NCBI GenBank assembly: GCA_027036135.1
Contig: JALVSY010000007.1
Span: forward strand, 1,074,884 to 1,138,883
DNA from: Pyrodictiaceae archaeon
GTDB lineage: Archaea > Thermoproteota > Thermoprotei_A > Sulfolobales > Pyrodictiaceae
Length of the DNA stretch: 64,000 bases
Direction: 5' to 3'
A program made the translations under genes and the position numbers. This document shows positions 60,562 through 64,000 of this stretch, piece by piece (the first letter of the stretch is position 1; each line of letters starts with the position of its first letter). Below the pieces are notes generated by a model. That model ran no database searches. It saw only the letters and a program-made list of their open reading frames with translations, and had not been told where the DNA came from.

Positions 60562-63500
60562 CTAGTGCTCTATTCTCTTCTTGAGCCCCCATGGCCACCA
60601 AGCGCTGCGGCCTAGTATTGATACTACTATTGGTGTTAGTAGGTAGGATGCCATGAGTGCTGCCGTGAACACTGTGGTTGCTAGTGCGAAGCCTAGTTCT
60701 CTCATACCCGTGTTGCTCGCTGTCATTAGCATCGCGTAGGCCGTTGTTACTACCAGGGAGAGCCCGATTATGAATAGGCTTACGGCCCCGGAGGCCCGGA
60801 TTACTGACTCCTTGGGTTTGCAGTTTGTCTTGTGGCACTCCTCTAGTGCTCTTGCTAGGAAGAAGCTGTTGTAGTCCATGCCTACGCCCATAACTGCTGC
60901 TAGTGTCACTATGTGCATGAACCATAGCATCTCTTTGCCGAACACGTATTTGAATAATAGTATGCTAGCCATTATGCCGGTCATGGCTGCGCCTATTATT
61001 ACTATTAGTGCCGCCACGCTTACCCAGAACCCGCCAAAGATTAGGGTAAACGCCAGTATCATCAATATGGCTGCGCCTGGTAGTACCCTGTGATAGAACT
61101 CACTAGTCAATATGTCATCCATCTCCAAGGTGGCATAGGGCGAGCCATCAACGTATACCCTCAGACCGTGGCTCTCAGCATAGGCGTGGGCTACGCGGTG
61201 GATCTCCCTAACTATCTTTTCTCCCTCCTTGCTATAGGGGTCTACACCTAGAATCACTTGTATCAACACTGTTCTGCCATCAGGGCTTGTGAATGCCTTG
61301 CCACCCATCTTGGCGGCGACTGTGGCGTTCGCTACTGGGCGGCCCATGGGCCTCATGGGGGCCATTACTGTCGCTACTTCCTTGATCTTGGCTATCGTGT
61401 CTACGAGCCCAGTTACTAGTTTCCATTCCTCGGGGCTACTCCATATACTCTTCTTTGTCTCCACTACAACGAATATTGGGTCGGTTATCCCTGCTTCGAA
61501 CTTGGTGCTCATCACATGGAATGCTTTAAGCGCTGGGGCCTTCTCGGGCAGCATCAGCTTCATGTCGTGCGTGCCGTGGAAGGTTGCGTAGAAGTACCCG
61601 GAGACAATTATCAGCGCTATCATTGCCCCAAGCACTATTTTCTCGTGACGCAGTAACGACTCCATTACCTTGCTGCGCCGCTCCACTACCTTTTCTCTCC
61701 GTGGTTTCCTCGGCCACCAGAACCATCGCTTGTCGCCGACAAGCGCTAGTAGTGCTGGTACGAGCGTGAGCGAGGCAGTTGCCGTAGCCGCTACTGCTAT
61801 CGGTATTGCTTCGCCGAAGCCTCTTAAGAACGATATATCCCATGCTAGGAGGAGGCTACCGAAGCCAATGACTACTGTCGTGGCGCTCGCTACTATTGCT
61901 AGCCCTGCTCTCTTGAGGCTTCTACGGGCAGCCTCTCTAGCGTTGCCTACTAGCGCGTATTCTTCCTTGAACCTATAGATTAGGTAGCCAGCATAGTCTG
62001 CTCCGAGACCGAGAGCAGTGGTTATCATGACGCTCTGTGTATTAGAGGAGAAGTCTATTATCCCGTGGCTAGCGGCTATGTAGACTATTGCTCCACCAAC
62101 GGCTAGGCCTAGTATGATACCGATGTAGGGCAAGAATACTGCGAAGAAGCTCTCGAGTAGCGCTAGTAACACTATGAATGTGCCTAGCTCGCTTAGCTTG
62201 GAGGTCTTCTCAGCATCCTTTATAGCGTACTGCCTTACTTGCTGGAGCACTATGTCCTCGCCAGTGATGTATATCTTGGCGCTTATACCGTGCCTTGATA
62301 GTAGCTTGGCCGTGACGTTGCCGACTGCCTCGATGTTCCGGGCTCTCTGCTCCTGGGTCTCGCCAAGCGGCACAACTATTATGCTGAAGGCCCTTAGATC
62401 CTTCGAGACCATTAGGCCCTTAGCCTCGCTTATGATCCTTGGGGCAACCGAGCCGAGTAGCACCTCGTTAGCCAGCTTCTCGGCGGCCTGCTCTAGGCTA
62501 GTCTGGTGCCTTGCTACCTGGATTGCTAGGCTGAGTAGCTCCTTCTCTATCCGTGGCGGCATGGTGGTGCCGTGTGGCTTCATCTTCTTGGCCTGCTCTG
62601 CTAAGAGCTGCTCAACTATCTTCCATTTCTCCTCGGCTGGTATGCCTGGCCCCTTCTCAACAACTATCTCTGCTAGCCTCTTCACCAGCGGTCTCATCTC
62701 CTTGGGGGCTTTCTCGGTGCTCATGTTCACGAACATTCTCGCCACTAGCTCTCTAAGCGCAGAGGAGTTGTGGAGAACCATGGCTAGTTGCTCCGGCGTG
62801 AAGGGTATCTTGTGCCCCTGCTTCTCGGCGAGCCAGTATAGTGCCTCTATGGCTCTTGTCTCGTTGCTTGCCAGTACCCCCTTGGCCTCGGGGTCGAAGC
62901 GGGAGAGTAGGAGCACTATGGTCTTGGCTGTTTCCTCGCCCTTCTCCTCCCTTATCTTCTCGGAGAGTTTGTTGAGCGCGAGCTTCCTCAGATCGGAGTC
63001 CTTTGCATCGCCCTCGGCGAGCATTAGGGCTAGCTTCTCTACTAGCGCCTTGTCTAGTTTCTGGCCCTTCTGCGTAGCAGCCTTGTAGACTATGTCAGCG
63101 GCTAGCTCTGCAGCAAGGGTCTTGTTGGCCGCGATTCTACCCTCTGCATCGGGATCGGCGGTAGCGACTGCTCCTAGTATTGGCTTGGCTTTCTCCCCTG
63201 CCTTCTCAGCTACTAGTCCAAGCGCTATCTCTGCTAGCTCCTTCCTAGTCGGCTCAGGATGCTCTGAGAGGAGCCCTACCAGCCGTTCTACGAGGCTCTT
63301 CGGCGCCCCCATCTTCTCAAGAAACTCCCCAGCTGCCTTGACTGCAGTCGCCCAGCTTCTAGCCAGTGTATAGTTCGCCCAGGGGTCGTGCTTCACGAGG
63401 AGACTAGCCAGCGCCATTGACATATTGGTTGGCAGGCCCTGCTTCTCGGCAGCCATCTGGGCTACTAGCCTTGCCACCTTCGCTGCGTCGAGTCTGCCCT

Positions 63501-64000
63501 CAACTGCTTCCTGGGCTAGTTCCCCGGCTAGCTGCTTTGGTATGTTCTTCGAGGCAAGCATATTGGCTAGCAGCGTTGCTGCCTCCTCCTTTGCGTGGCT
63601 CACGACTATCTGGGCGGCTTGCTCGCTTATGTTGCGCGCAATGCCTAGCACCATTAGCTGGGACCTTGCTGTGTTGTTCCCTAGTGCGTAGAGGCATGTG
63701 AGGCAACTAATGTTGTGAGAGGCCTTGTAGGCGATGAGGCTCTGGTTCCAGGCCTGCCCCGCTACCACTAGGACGGGCTTTACCTCCGCGGAGGTTCTCT
63801 CGGAGAAAATCTTGGATGCGACTATTAGTGCTGCCTCGTCCGGGTTCTTGCCACTACTCACTAATTGCTTTACGAGCCGCCATGCTTCTAGTGCCTCGTT
63901 CCTTGGTAGTGGTGCTAGCTTGGGCGATACCTTGGATAAGTTGGTTATCTCGGTGTATGCTGTGTAGTTCCCGTCTAGCTTGTCTAGGTAGTAGTAGGCC
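60562..64000 (-). CDS. MMPL/RND-superfamily transporter with a very large helical-repeat extracytoplasmic insertion; 5' end outside the window
   Basis: MMPL signatures GLGADYAGYLIYRFKEE and GVGMDYNSFFLARALEE, 12 TM-type layout. The frame stays open upstream of the track start (GTG 63861) to position 64000 (...AYYYLDKLDGNYTAYTEITNLSKVSPKLAPLPRNEALEAWRLVKQL|VSSGKN). Confidence 0.8.
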   Translation of the reverse strand, partial: AYYYLDKLDGNYTAYTEITNLSKVSPKLAPLPRNEALEAWRLVKQLVSSGKNPDEAALIVASKIFSERTSAEVKPVLVVAGQAWNQSLIAYKASHNISCLTCLYALGNNTARSQLMVLGIARNISEQAAQIVVSHAKEEAATLLANMLASKNIPKQLAGELAQEAVEGRLDAAKVARLVAQMAAEKQGLPTNMSMALASLLVKHDPWANYTLARSWATAVKAAGEFLEKMGAPKSLVERLVGLLSEHPEPTRKELAEIALGLVAEKAGEKAKPILGAVATADPDAEGRIAANKTLAAELAADIVYKAATQKGQKLDKALVEKLALMLAEGDAKDSDLRKLALNKLSEKIREEKGEETAKTIVLLLSRFDPEAKGVLASNETRAIEALYWLAEKQGHKIPFTPEQLAMVLHNSSALRELVARMFVNMSTEKAPKEMRPLVKRLAEIVVEKGPGIPAEEKWKIVEQLLAEQAKKMKPHGTTMPPRIEKELLSLAIQVARHQTSLEQAAEKLANEVLLGSVAPRIISEAKGLMVSKDLRAFSIIVVPLGETQEQRARNIEAVGNVTAKLLSRHGISAKIYITGEDIVLQQVRQYAIKDAEKTSKLSELGTFIVLLALLESFFAVFLPYIGIILGLAVGGAIVYIAASHGIIDFSSNTQSVMITTALGLGADYAGYLIYRFKEEYALVGNAREAARRSLKRAGLAIVASATTVVIGFGSLLLAWDISFLRGFGEAIPIAVAATATASLTLVPALLALVGDKRWFWWPRKPRREKVVERRSKVMESLLRHEKIVLGAMIALIIVSGYFYATFHGTHDMKLMLPEKAPALKAFHVMSTKFEAGITDPIFVVVETKKSIWSSPEEWKLVTGLVDTIAKIKEVATVMAPMRPMGRPVANATVAAKMGGKAFTSPDGRTVLIQVILGVDPYSKEGEKIVREIHRVAHAYAESHGLRVYVDGSPYATLEMDDILTSEFYHRVLPGAAILMILAFTLIFGGFWVSVAALIVIIGAAMTGIMASILLFKYVFGKEMLWFMHIVTLAAVMGVGMDYNSFFLARALEECHKTNCKPKESVIRASGAVSLFIIGLSLVVTTAYAMLMTASNTGMRELGFALATTVFTAALMASYLLTPIVVSILGRSAWWPWGLKKRIEH

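Noticed and set aside
60464-60925. 153-aa minus-strand ORF overlapping the MMPL 3' end in another frame
   Set aside because: It is a Ser/Arg/Thr/Gly-rich alternative frame of a well-supported transporter gene.
62174-63088. 304-aa plus-strand ORF inside the MMPL gene region
   Set aside because: It is antisense to a strongly supported MMPL coding frame. Its Ser/Ala/Leu-rich, low-complexity composition is typical of a shadow ORF in GC-balanced DNA.

Overview
This 64-kb window looks like chromosome from a hyperthermophilic crenarchaeon, probably Desulfurococcales or Pyrodictiaceae-like. That placement is inferred from a CdvB/ESCRT-III gene, PaREP1-family genes, 'archaeal ATPase' (PF01637-like) genes, a 25-nt CRISPR repeat ending ATTGTAAG, TATA-type promoters and about 54% GC. 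Coding density is high. Recognisable housekeeping blocks: tRNA m1A methyltransferase TrmI; a MoxR / DUF58 / two-vWA gene set with an ABC-2 exporter; a LIV-type ABC uptake operon with an embedded acyl-CoA synthetase; a split archaeal glutamate synthase; PurA; an SQR/NDH-II-like flavoprotein with DUF1641; SufCB; a CdvB paralog; and a very large MMPL/RND transporter that runs off the right edge. Accessory content: a 5-repeat CRISPR array with no cas genes in the window, lying between moxR and the DUF58 gene, and a 41.9-57.4 kb stretch dense in toxin-antitoxin and HEPN-like modules. That stretch holds HepT/MntA, HEPN/NTase, two DUF104-PIN pairs, DUF433 plus a decayed partner, DUF4258/DUF2283, three PaREP1-like genes and an archaeal ATPase, and it sits next to a degenerate 3' fragment of a tRNA-Arg-like gene and a truncated HhH-GPD glycosylase. 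Observations that ordinary annotation does not explain: (1) a TATA box plus 21-bp palindrome shared by three promoters; (2) at least ten reading frames broken by single-base shifts, most of them at short or long single-base runs (likely sequencing artefacts, possibly real decay), plus one in-frame TAG; (3) a Sir2-like protein lacking the catalytic residues; (4) 54-nt tandem repeats encoding a coiled-coil protein; (5) a helical-repeat insertion in the MMPL protein. All family assignments come from motif recognition by eye. No database search was run.
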